From NCBI RefSeq assembly GCF_963921235.1, contig NC_086107.1, positions 111,602,001-111,662,000 on the forward strand: DNA of 60,000 nucleotides, given 5' to 3'. The position numbers and the translations under genes are program-made. The notes under the pieces are model-generated. The model was given only the letters and a program-made list of their open reading frames with translations, had not been told where the DNA came from and made no database searches. This DNA comes from Mobula hypostoma. Lineage: Eukaryota. Each line of letters begins with the position of its first letter. Position 1 is the first letter of the stretch. This document shows, piece by piece, positions 25,476-37,140 of the stretch.

Positions 25476-25934
25476 GTTTTACAGTACAAGGCCCATTCCA
25501 TAGTTCACAAATCATTATAGGTTTAAGTAATGTTTACACCAATAGACTCGCCTGTACAGTTTTGGAGTAAGTATTCAAAAAAGAAGCATACTACATTGGC
25601 AAGTAAGTTTGCAACAGCACAATTACATCAAGAAAATAGGACATTAAATTGCTGTCATTCCCCAAATCCCTCTTGTGACAGTGACACCAAGCTCACTCCT
25701 TTTGTGCTGAACAAATAATTTTTTATTGAAATGCTCAAGATCAAAAGACCCATTCCTCAGAAAACTTCTCCATATTTAGACAAGTTGTCAGGGTGACATG
25801 ATGAAATACGTCAGACCATGGTAATTAGTGCACCATTAAAAACAAGTCAAATTATTATTTGATTCCCTTAGGAGAATTCTAAGGCTTGTAATTCAACAAA
25901 TGTTAATCAAAAGGTTTATGGGACAATGAATGCA

Positions 25935-26650
25935 TGGGAGGATGGGTAAGCTGGGAGAACATGCAGTAGTTCTCATCGAGGGGGCCTCTGTAGAAAGGAT
26001 GAGCAGCTTCAAGTTCCTGGTGTCAACATCTCTGGGGATCTATCCTGGGCCCAACATATTGATGCAATTACAAAGACAGCACGGGAGCAGCTATATTTCA
26101 TTAGGACTTAAGGAGATTTGGTACGCCACCAAAGATTTCAGCCAATTTTTTTCTTCCATCGAAGACTCTGACAAATTTCTCCAGATGTACTGCGGAGAGC
26201 ATTCTGACTGGCTGTGTCATCGTCTGGTATGAAGGCACCAATTCACAGCGGCGAATAAGGCAGCAGAATGTTGTAAACTCAACCAGCTTCATCATGGGCA
26301 CCAGCCTCCTTATCATCAAGGGCATCTTCAAAAGGTGATGTCTCAAGAAGGCGGCTTTTCTCATTAAGGACTCTCACCATCCAGTTCATGCCCCTTTTCT
26401 CATTAATACCATTAGAGAGGAGGCTTAGGGGCCTGGAGACATACACCTAACATGTTAGGAACAGCTTCTTCCCCTCAGCCATCAGATTTCTGAACGGTCC
26501 ATGAAATCTTGAACTCACTAGTTTGCTGTCTTTTTGTATCTATTTATCTTAGAATATATATATTCTTATTATTTGCTAATTGAAATTTGTAGTGATCTTC
26601 ACAACGAGTTTCACAACATATGATGGTGATAATAAACCTGATTTGATGTC
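25935..26650 (+). mobile_element. Decayed Rex1/Babar-type fragment
   Basis: VLIEGASVERMSSFKFL and downstream similarity to other copies. Confidence 0.65.
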
Positions 26651-27643
26651 CATGGCAAATGACAATTATCAGGATTATCTCCACATCCCAGTTTTTAGCT
26701 TTAAATCCTGTAGGTCACCAAACATTAAGTCCTCATTCAGGTAGTTAAACAAGAGGAGGTTTCTGCCATTACTTTCAGACTGCAAGTGTTAGAACCCCAC
26801 TATATTCCCGATGAAAATAAAACTATTCTTAACTTCCTTCTTAGCCTGAAATATACAATCACAGGTGCTGCCTTACCTGCTGACCTCCCCAGCTTCCAGG
26901 ACATCTGCAAGGAGCAATGCCACAAAAAAAAGGCAGCATCCATCGTTAAGGACCCCATCACCCATGACGTGCCCTCTTCTCATTGTAACCATCAGGAAGG
27001 AAGTACAGAAGCCTGAAGACACACACTCAACGATTCAGGAACAGCTTCTGCCCCTCCGCCGTCAGATTTCTGAATGGACAATCAAACTATTCCAAAATAT
27101 GCATTCCAAACTATTGGTCCTTTGGTTCTGATCCTGGATTTCAACCTGAAACATCGCTATGCATCCTTTGCCTCCACGGATGTTGCTTGATCCACTGAGA
27201 TTATCCAGCTCTTTAGTTTTCATTTCCAGTTCCAGCATCTGCAGTCTCTTTCACCTTTCTTCACCACAGCTGGGTCTCAATTCCGAAATTGGCTAGTCAC
27301 AAGGGTAGTACCTTAAACCTTGGAATCAAGCAAGATGGAGCACAAGTCTAGGTGTTGCCTCATACAGTTCTGGTATGGCGGTTCTGGTTTTAATGTTGCA
27401 GTCAGTAAGGAAAACAAATAATAAATCTTGTATTTCCATTGAACTTCAAAGGCAAACAGGTGCTTCCAAATGCAGCTGTTTCTCCAATCTTCTCATTTAC
27501 AGTATGTAGGCCCTTTCCAGGATATGAATGTGTCTGACTTATGGACACCCATGCATTGATAGAGATCTCATAAATATTTTATTTTCAAACAAGAACTAAA
27601 TTTGGAAATGAAAACCTGTTTGCGTATAACTTTCACTCAATTA

Positions 27644-28379
27644 CACTGGACAACAATTTTTTTTCATAAACGTTGCTTCCTCAGAATCCTTTTTTTTTGT
27701 TTGTGATAGACTTCTTGAAGCTGAACACAAATATACTTTCAGATTACTTGTATCACGCAGGAATTTGGAGAAACAAGAAATTAACTTTTATTAAATATAA
27801 TGTGTTTAATTGCATAACAGAGCTGACGTCTTGCAATGGTCAAACTAAGCTAAAAATGTTTTGTTGATGATTTATATTTGTACTCAGTGTCTGAGCCTTG
27901 TCGTTGAAGTGACCAACAATAATCAGCCAACATTGATGGATTTCCAGTTGCCCGGATATCGTTTCTCCATGACCGCAATGTCCTGGTGAAACCTTTCACC
28001 ATGATCGTCACTGACAGCGCGAGGATTTGCAGGAAAGAAGTCTAAATGGGAATGCAGAAAATGAATCTTTAGGGACATGTTGCGCTTCATGGTTTTGAAT
28101 GCTTGAAGCATGTTGTCAACCAGCTGCTCATAAGTTGGTGCTCTGTAGTTGCCAAGAAAATTTTCAACAACATCCTTGTATGCCTTCCATGCGATTCTCT
28201 CTGATTCCACTAGAAGTTCTTTGAATTGCCTGTCACTGAATTATGAATTGAAATTGAAATAACGAATATAGGCAATTTCTAATAAAATGGTACATGATAG
28301 GGAAATTTCATGATGAGTTTCATGATTAGCAGGGTAAAATCCATAAGTATTCAGGAAGCAATATCTTTGTTGTCCAGTG
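27644..28379 (-). mobile_element. Internally deleted Chapaev3 DNA transposon
   Basis: Perfect 13-bp TIRs CACTGGACAACAA; 3-bp TTA TSD; transposase C-terminus NFLGN...MSLKIHFLHSHLDFFP...SDDHGERFHQDI (27923-28210). Confidence 0.85.
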
Positions 28380-30740
28380 TTATTATATACCATTGCCTCT
28401 TAAGAACACAAATTGCCAGTTTCATCATGGGAGGCTACTTAAGAGGGTTGCTTTCGAAACTGACAAACAATCACTCTTATTAATACTTGTTCAACAATAC
28501 CCTCTTAAACCATATAACATCCACTGATAATTCAAGTCCATCAAAGCCAGCAATTGAGTGTGAGACATCATGATCCTGTATCATTGTAACTAGGTAGAAG
28601 GGACAATAAATAAATATTCATGTAAATTGGCCCTCATCAACACCATTCATTCCAATGCTGTAAAGGTATGGTTACTGTATTGTGATTTTGAGAACAAAAT
28701 CAACTTCCTGAGAAAATTTGACTTGTAGATTCCTCTAAAGATGGAACTCGTTTATTATCCAAGGATGGCCTCTATTTCTTTGTCCCTCTACCTTCTCAGA
28801 CTTATTATCTCACTTGCTTTCCTGAGTGAAATACTTTTCTTCCACTCTGTTTTCTCTTTGCAGCCCAGAGCTTGCTTCCTCATTGCTAATCTATGCCAAA
28901 TTTTTGTGGTATCTCACAACTTCTGCATTTTGACAAACTCTTTGCAGGGAGAAGCTCGTTTTGTCTTAATTTGGATGTAACTTCAGAGTTTACTTTGAAC
29001 TAGTTTTAGGTAAAATCAGACACTTACAGTTACTAAAATGAAACACTCAATAGACTTTGTCAGTATAAAATATTGAAATCTGAACTATAGCTAAGCCCAA
29101 ATTGTACTTTAATTATATCTGTAAGATCTTTTATTTTATGATTGCATACCTATTCTTTATTACTCTTTTCTCCTAAACTATTCACTCTGGTCACACAACT
29201 CATCAAATCAGTTTGGGTTAGATATCTGCAATGTTATGAAAGCTAACTGTGGTATCTAAACCAAAATATGTATTCTGAACATTTAAAATTTATTGCCAAC
29301 AGATAAGAAAAAGAAACTGTTTTCCTTGCAAAACTTTGGATCCACCTTCCCTTGATCATAAAGACTTTACTTTTTCATGGGGCTTTTTCTCCAAATAGCA
29401 TGTCCAACTATAAGCGTACTGTATAATGTGCTATCCTCTAAACTTCAGGGAATTTATATTCTTTCCAACACTGAAATTAGGTTCATTGGCTTGTAATTAC
29501 CTAGTCTGTTGCCTTCCTGTGGAAATGATGGTGCAAAGGTTGCAAATCTAATCTTTTGCCATTGGCAGTGGTTGTGATAAAGTCAATGCACATCTTCCCC
29601 TTCTTACCATGGAAGAGCCCTGAGAGTCGATGCACCTTCCTTTGGCTGAATCCATGGCAACATCTTTAGCCAGAGGGGAATCTGTGGAATTCATTGCCAC
29701 AGACGACTGTGGAGGCCAAGTTATCGGGTATATTTAAAGCAGAGGTTGATAGGTTTTCTTGATCAGTCAGGGCGCCAAAGGTGACGAGGAGAAGGCCAGA
29801 GAATGCAGTTGAGAGAGATAGTAAGTCAGCCATGATGGAATATTGAAGACTAGATGGGCTGAATGGCCTAAATCTGCTCCTATGTCATATGAGTTATGGG
29901 CTCTGCTGCTGGTTTTTTATAATTAGGAAATACTAGTTGCCTTGACAATGACGGCGATAAGTCTCTTAGGATATTTTCCCCAAATTCTTTCATTTACAAG
30001 AAAGATGCTAATACTTTGTATTGATCTATTGTGCTCATGTTCTCAATCTTCATTTCAAATTTGATCATGTTTTACTTAACTGATTATTATTCATAACTCT
30101 TTGGTCCTCTTCCCACTTGCCCCATCTTCAGAAGCATCTGAACATTTTATGGAGACCAATCATTACATTGCTAAAGCACTTGCATACTTTCTTCATGTCT
30201 ATGTTAATAGCTCCAGGCAACTTTTTTCATTGTGGGCATTGCTGGTAAGACAATTACTCCCCATCTCTATTTTCTGCTGCATTCAGTGATTTGTTAGACC
30301 ACCTGGCAGCTGTCGGACTGCAGCTCTGTTTATAAGTTCCAATAGGATGTCCTCCATTTTGTGTTTAATGCAAGGGCTGGAGATGGAGAATTTTTCCATA
30401 CAAGGTGGCTTCCAGGAAGTTTGATATATTCCAGGTTTCTCCTGTATTTCATGCACCCTTGACTTCCTCCAATTGCAAAGCAGGCAGAAGATTTTCCAAG
30501 ACAATCCATCCTGACTGGCTCTCAGATTTGCTTCAATCTGACTTTTAACAATAACAAAAATATGGAAACTTAGACTATCCATTCCTTTCATTTTTCTATT
30601 GCATGAGAGAGACAAAATTGTATTCTCTTTCTGGCATATTTAGTTTTTTTTTAAAAATCAGACATCTATTCCACCACAGTAAATCAAAGAGTTGATAAAA
30701 TATGGAGGCATTCTGCTTCTCAAGCTTTGGGGCACATTTT

Positions 30741-31045
30741 GGGCGCCACGTTAGCGAGGCGGTTAGGGCGATGCTATTACAGCTCGGGCCGTCGGAGTTC
30801 AGAGTTCAGTCCTGGCGTACTCTGTAAGGAGTCTCTGTACGTCCTCCCCGTGAAATGTGTGGGTTTTCACTGGGTCCGCTGGTTTCTTCCCACAGTCCAA
30901 AGACGTACCGGGTAAGTTAATTAGTCATTGTAAATTTGTCCCGTGATTAACTTAGGGTTAAATCAGGGTTTTCGGGGGTTTGCTGGGCAGTGCGTTCGAA
31001 GGGACAGAAGGGCCTGTTCCAAGCTGTATCTCAGAATAAATAAAT
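30741..31045 (+). mobile_element. HE1/V-type tRNA-derived SINE
   Basis: tRNA-like head; V-domain CTCCCCGTG...TGGGTTT...CCCACAGTCCAAAGAC; CR1-like tail ending (AATA)n. Confidence 0.8.
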
Positions 31046-31909
31046 TTACAGCAGCTTTATTGCTCCAAAGAATGTCCCGTCACCATTTAATGCAATCTGT
31101 GCCTGTATCCGCGGTATTACAAGTTCAAGTTCATCTCCTACTTCAAGCTGTGCGATGCCAGCAGTGAAACAGGAGTTGTTTGGACAGCAGGCAGACATGT
31201 TCTGAATGCACCGAAACAAAATCACCGAGTGCGGCTCGTTGCCAACAATATTGGCCTTGTATCTTTTTATAAAGTGCCCCATCGTAAACGTATTATCCTT
31301 GTACCACACTTGGCTGTACACCAGAAAGTAACCAGCTTCTATCACAGAGATCTTATTACCTTTCTTGTCGAGAGCCCTTCCTTTTTTCAAGCTCAGAATC
31401 CAGGGGACGGAGGTGGCTTCCATTTGGTTTTGATTCCCATCGGCTCTCCGTTCAACTCGACAGGATTGCTGTGGTCTTCCCGGGATGCATTTTTGGCAAT
31501 TGCTCACTCTTACGGTGCGCTTTGGGACATTGGAAGCAATCAGTTGTACACAGGCCTGCTGTGCCTGTTCAGGGAGTGACCTGTGTATTCTAAGCTTCAT
31601 CCCATCTCTTGATTTAGCCTCGTGGTACAGTTGCTCCTCAAAAACCTCATCAAGCTGGTTCACTGAAATGCTCCAGTTGGCCGCTTGGGCCTTATTTAAT
31701 TTTGTCAGGGCTTCCAGGTGGAGTTTGTACGTGTCCAGTTCCTCTCTCATCGAAGAGATTTCTCCTTTCAGTGCAAGGACGTGGTGTAAAGCGACCACTG
31801 CCACATAGGTCGACATCAGAGCTACTGAAATTAAGATGCAGGCAGAGTAGATCAAATGTCTGTGCTGAATATCGTAGCCAGTCTTTTCTTGTTCTGTGCT
31901 CATTTTCAT
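31046..31909 (-). CDS. tnfsf13b: BAFF (TNFSF13B)-like type II membrane TNF-superfamily ligand, intronless, 287 aa
   Basis: First ATG at 31909 (the track start is GTG); TM helix LIYSACILISVALMSTYVAVVAL; stalk VLALKGEISSMREEL; RIHR site; TNF domain CVQLIA...VPWILSLKKG...LFRCIQNM...NNSCFTAGIAQLEVGDELELVIPR...TFFGAIKLL, collinear with BAFF; orthologue versus paralogue unresolved. Confidence 0.92.
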   Translation of the reverse strand: MKMSTEQEKTGYDIQHRHLIYSACILISVALMSTYVAVVALHHVLALKGEISSMREELDTYKLHLEALTKLNKAQAANWSISVNQLDEVFEEQLYHEAKSRDGMKLRIHRSLPEQAQQACVQLIASNVPKRTVRVSNCQKCIPGRPQQSCRVERRADGNQNQMEATSVPWILSLKKGRALDKKGNKISVIEAGYFLVYSQVWYKDNTFTMGHFIKRYKANIVGNEPHSVILFRCIQNMSACCPNNSCFTAGIAQLEVGDELELVIPRIQAQIALNGDGTFFGAIKLL

Positions 31910-32254
31910 TACAAATTCCCCCTTGTTGCGGAACTGCTGCAACAACTCATCCAAAACACAAGTGCCGTTTCCTGTCAGCTGGTATTTGCAGAACACTTCA
32001 CTATATCTGCTTCTGTTTTGTAATCTGGCAGGTTTTACAGTCTGCGGATGAAAGCAACAATTCACATTCTAAAACTAAACATCTACAAACGAGGAGAGTT
32101 GAGCTGGTATCTTCTTTTGCATTCCTGATGTTATCAGATTAACTGTTCCTAAGATAGGAAATGTAACTATAATAGGCTTTTTCATCTGATCTCAGGAGAG
32201 CAATTGGGATTTGGAATTCAATGCCCAATAGATTCACTTCTTTCTTCACTTATG

Positions 32255-32505
32255 TCCGTCACACCTCCCAGGGCATAAACCACTGACAGCAGCTCGCCAG
32301 AATCCTCTGTCCTGGTTCAGCCTTTCGAGTTGTTCCCCATTTTCAACGATCCTTTCTCTTCCAGGGATGAGGCCTTTGGAGGTTCTTTTGGTGATTCTCT
32401 GGCTCTGGGTTTACACCGGATGGGGTTGCTAGCCCCATGCCCGATAGCTTCACCTTTTGCAGCGGGCTCAGGACTGGCCTCTGGCAGAGTTGCCCAATAC
32501 GGTAA
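32255..32505 (-). mobile_element. RTE-derived non-autonomous fragment
   Basis: 3' end encodes QDRGFWRAAVSGLCP; GGGGCTAGCAACCCC motif. Confidence 0.55.
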
Positions 32506-32523
32506 AGAGCCATTATCTTTCCC

Positions 32524-33420
32524 AAAGACCTCGCTTGCTCTCTTTGTCAAGCACCCGGATCACTAAGGCACGTTTTAACAGGACGCACCACGAACCTCAC
32601 CCAGGGGCGTTACACTTGGTGGCATAACCAAGTTCTCAGACAGCTAGCATCAATCTTGGAACAGAGGCGAATCATCACAAATGCTCTCCCACAAACATCG
32701 GCAGGAAATGTCCACATCACACGATTTGTACCAGCAGGCCAACTTCCAGAGCACCATATAACATCAAAAGATGTAAGCATTCTGCAGGTTGCTCAGGATT
32801 GGAAAATGGACATGGACTTGGAAAAAAAGCTTGTGTTTCCCCCAGACATTGCAGCTACAACACTCCGGCCAGACATGGTCCTGTGGTCCACAACAGCCAA
32901 GCTGGCGTATGTTGTGGAATTGACAGTACCATGGGAAGATGGTGTCAAAGAAGCTTATGAGAGGAAAAAGACCAAGTACTCTGAACTGGCAACTGAAGCT
33001 GCCCAGAATGGCTGGAAGACCAAGATTTTCCCTGTAGAAGTGGGACGCAGGGGATTCGTTGCTACATCTACCACCAGTCTATTGAAGAAGATGGGTGTGA
33101 GGGGTCACTCCCTCCAACAAGCAATCAAGTCCTTGTCAAATGCAGCAGAAGAAAGCAGCAATTGGATTTGAATTAAAAGGAAAGACAACAACTGGGCTGC
33201 AAGATGAAGACGGGAGGGTATGGAACTGAGGGGGGTGTATCTGGGACGCCAGGTCACACCGTTGAGCCCTCTGGAGACGTTGTGGGCTTATCAACGAAAC
33301 GTCAAAGAAGGAGGGTGCCCACCTGATGACCCCGATGACGTACCTACCCTCCCTCCTTGTCACCTCTCCAAACCCACTGCCAATATCGAGAGTGCCAACT
33401 TACCATAGGGATTGAAACAC
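32524..33420 (+). mobile_element. 5'-truncated HERO-like non-LTR retrotransposon (zinc knuckle plus restriction-like endonuclease)
   Basis: CSLC...HVLTG, RYTWWHNQVL, RPDMVLWS...ELTVPWE...AYERKKTKY...PVEVG; W-to-stop at 33169. Confidence 0.8.
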
Positions 33421-34049
33421 CAGGTCCTAATAGCTCTACTACCAAATATACCCAGATGATCACTAAAGAGCCGCAGGCTGCAGGGGCAATGGGCAGGGTT
33501 AGAGAATGGAATAAAAACAAAGCCCACTTTGGTGATGGGTGGAATAAATTCTTCTTGTACCATATGCATAAGATTCTTCACAATTTGATAATGCATTTAT
33601 TACAATGCATGTTCCTGCTTCAGATTCAGCCTTTCTTGGGTTATAGTCTTTACAGACAGAAGGTCTCATACAGTGATTAATTATGAAATGGGCTGAATAT
33701 TTTGTTGGTGAGCATGTACACCAGATAAAATTAACAGTTACTACTGGTGTAAGAATTCTGGTTCTCTCAATCCCCCATAATCAGCATCCCACATCAGCAG
33801 GTGGAAGTAGAAACTTAACTGGATAAATTCTGTGTTTATGAGAAAAGCTCTGACTCCAGGGGGATCTGCACTGAATGTCTCACTAGAGGCCATGCTCTCT
33901 ACCTGCTTCTGCCAATGGGAATGAGGTACAGGAGCCACACCACCGGTTATTACCCCTCAACCATCAGGCTCCTGAACCTGTATGGATGCCTTCACTCACC
34001 TCAACAATGAACTGATTCCACAACTTACAGACTCACTTTCAAGGACTCT

Positions 34050-34460
34050 ACAATGGCATGCAAGAGAATTCCTAGAAGCAAGGTTTTCCAAAAACAATTC
34101 CATAAATAGGCACGTAGACTTTGTGGGCAGGATTCCAGACAGCGCACAGAGTTCTCCACGCCACCAATCAGTGACGAGACCCCCTCCCTATATCACAATT
34201 GAGTTTCCATAATGACAACCAATCAACTGATTGATAAGTATATAAAGGTCAATCATTCAGAGGACACACCACAAGGTGGCGGTAATGCACCATTAAGCTG
34301 GGTGCCAACCACTGTAAAACAAGAAGAAGAAGAGGACGCACCACAAGGGAACAGTGCACTGATGATGTCCCCTTGTACAGTGACAGAACATTTGCAAATA
34401 GATTGCCAAGATTGGAGATCTCGACCCAACCGCTCTACAACTCACGCTCCCAGTATTATT
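34050..34460 (+). mobile_element. Second Penelope-like family, 3' fragment
   Basis: AREFLEARFSKNNSINRHVD (end of a GIY-YIG domain); hammerhead-like motif at 34355-34396. Confidence 0.65.
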
Positions 34461-35029
34461 TATTTATTTATCGATCTATCTACCTATCTGTTTATTGATT
34501 TGCTTGTTTGCTCAGTTTGTTTTCTTTTGCATATTTGTGGCTTGTCCGTCTTTCAGTGTTGCTTTTCATTGATTCCAATTGTATTTCTCTGTTCGACTGT
34601 GAATACCTGCAAGATAATGAATCTCGAGGTATATGGTGTATGGTGATATATGGTATATGGTATAGTATATATCACTATAGTATATGGTGATATATAAACA
34701 TTTTGATAATAAACTTACTTTGAATTTTGAATTTTGAACCAATTTCCATTATCTTGACATCACAGAAGTGGACACTGGAATAATCTCCAGTTGCTTAGCT
34801 GACAACAGCTCCAACTACTCTGAAGGTTAATGAACCAGGACAATGAAGCCTGTTTGACTGCTACCAGAGCCACCATACAAAACATCTTCTCCCCCATCCA
34901 CTGATACAGCAAACCAACTACAGCAATGTGGGCCACTAACAAGATGCATTATATAGATATCACCTCCTAAATCATGCAAATAGTAATAATGAGTAAATAA
35001 CTATTACAGGTACTGAATTGTAGCGTCCT

Positions 35030-35453
35030 TCCTCCAAGAGGACCTTAACCTTGTCAGGGGGTGTGGAGGCTTGTGTACCTCAATGACCCGGAGAGCTGTG
35101 TTGGCTGGAGTCAGGGCTTTAGGCTTTGACCCTTGGTAGAGTTACCCATGCCAAACAGGTCAAAGGGTAGAGGCCAGACTAAGAGTGGTCCACCAGTCCT
35201 CCAGGTTCGGGGGTTCAACTCAGGGCTAACAACCCTGACTGGTAAAAAAAAAACTGTTAAGGAAACATCAATGAGGAATCCTTCTACATCTGAGTGTGAC
35301 TGTGTTCCTGAGTCTCCACCTGGACCGTACATGACTGACAGTAGTGAAAACTGAGCTATAGACATGATGAAGGAAGCCCCGAATAAAGCCAGAGATGGAG
35401 GACCTTTAGTCGCTGCCCCAAATGCCAGTGGCGTAACGAGCAGTACTGTAGCA
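35030..35453 (+). mobile_element. Bipartite RTE-derived non-autonomous element
   Basis: RTE-type 5' UTR (GGACC..CCTTGTC...GACTAAGAGTGGTCC) joined to an RTE 3' end; probable TSD GTAG(C/A)GTCCT. Confidence 0.7.
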
Positions 35454-35849
35454 GTAGAGTCCTCCATTGATTCCACAACCTATAGAAACACAAACAAGAG
35501 AAAATCTGCAGATGCTGGAAATCCAGACCGAATTTCGGACTGAAATATCAACTGTACTCTTCTTCATAGATGTTGCCTGGCCTGCTGAGTTCCTCCAGCA
35601 TTTTGTGTGGGGTTTTGGCCCAAGCCGTCGACTGTACCCTTTTCCATAGATGCTGCCTGGAAATCCTTTTGTAGGAATTTCCATTCAAGGGCATTGGTGT
35701 TTCCATACCAGGCTGTGATGCAGTCAGTCAATATAGTCTCCACTACACATCTATAGAAGTCTGTCAAAGTTTTAGATGTCATACCAAATCTCCACGGCAG
35801 ACTCCTGTACAAAGGTGTTTTCTCTACCACTCGGAAAATTTCTTTCCTT

Positions 35850-36395
35850 TAGTTTTGGTCCCCTAATCTGAGGAAAGACATTCTTGCCATAAAGGGAGTA
35901 CAAAGAAGGTTCACCAGATTGATTCCTGGGATGGCAGGACTTTCATATGATGAAAGACTGGATCGACTAGGCTTATACTCTCTGGAATTTAGAAGATTGA
36001 GGGGGGATCTGATTGAAACGTATAAAATTCTAAAGGGATTGGACAGGCTAGATGCAGGAAGATTGTTCCCAATGTTGAGGAAGTCCAGAACGAGGGGTCA
36101 CAGTTTGAGGATAAAGGGGAAGGCTTTTAGGACCAAGATGAGGAAAAACTTCTTCACACAGAGAGTGGTGAATCTGTGGAATTCTCTGCCACAGGAAACA
36201 GTTGAGGCCAGTTCATTGGCTATATTTAAGAGGGAGTTAGATATGGCCCTTGTGGCTAAAGGGATCAGGGGGTATGGAGAGAAGGCAGGTACAGGGTTCT
36301 GAGTTGGATGATCAGCCATGATCGTAATGAATGGCAGTGCAGGCTTGAAGGGCCGAAAGGCCTACTCCTGCACCCATTTTCTATGTTTCTATGTT
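35850..36395 (+). mobile_element. CR1 LINE, 5'-truncated
   Basis: Near-identical to 1550-2302. Confidence 0.9.
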
Positions 36396-36424
36396 TATAC
36401 AGAAACAGCATTCTGTCATGTAAG

Positions 36425-36876
36425 GATCATAGGGGTCTCCCTACCATCCTTCGGGGACACTTATCAGAAGCGCTGCATATGCAGGGTCCTTAGTGTTATC
36501 AAGGATCCCACCCATCCATCCAGCATTCTTTTTGACTTTCTACCATCAGGCAGGAGACTCCGATGCACAAAGACAAGAACGGTCAGGATGGGAAACAGTT
36601 TCTTCCCTCAGGCCATTGGGCTTCTGAATTCCCTAACGCATTTGAAGTGTCACTGATTAATCTGTTCTGTACCCTACAATATTTAATTGATGCACTTTCG
36701 TTTGTTATTTATGCATTTAATCTGTAGATTTCATTCTTACTTTGATAAGTTATTGTCTATTAAATGTATGTTATGTGTACTACTGTGCTTTACACCCTGG
36801 TTCAGAGAAACTTCTCATTTGGCGGTATACATGTATATAGTTAAATGAAAATAAACTTGACTTGACTTGACTTGAC
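36425..36876 (+). mobile_element. Rex1/Babar-type 3' fragment
   Basis: IKDPTHP...LPSGRRLR...NSFFPQAI; (GACTT)n tail. Confidence 0.75.
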
Positions 36877-37140
36877 AAATCCTCCTGTCACAGGTGAGTT
36901 AGGAAAGGATAGAATTAATTTTACTTGTCAAATACACTACATTTATTTGTATTAGGAATTTGCCATGGTGTGTTGGTCAGGACACGACATGCAACTGTGA
37001 ACAACCAACATTCAACAATTATGAAGAAAATAGAACTCTATAAAATAAAGAATTATATATAAATATAAAAGCTAATAAAGTTCAAATTTAAAGGTATTTT
37101 GACTTTCACACTGTTACAGTAAACAAGCTGTAGTTAAAAC

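Noticed and set aside
30644..30652. T9 run as the retrogene poly(A) remnant
   Set aside because: Short, with no properly spaced AATAAA or TSD
31910..32065. 339-aa version of the BAFF-like ORF in the track
   Set aside because: It starts at GTG; the first ATG is at 31909, so the extension is unsupported without splicing data
35040..35191. HDV-like ribozyme in the RTE 5' UTR
   Set aside because: I could not build a convincing P1/P1.1 nested double pseudoknot
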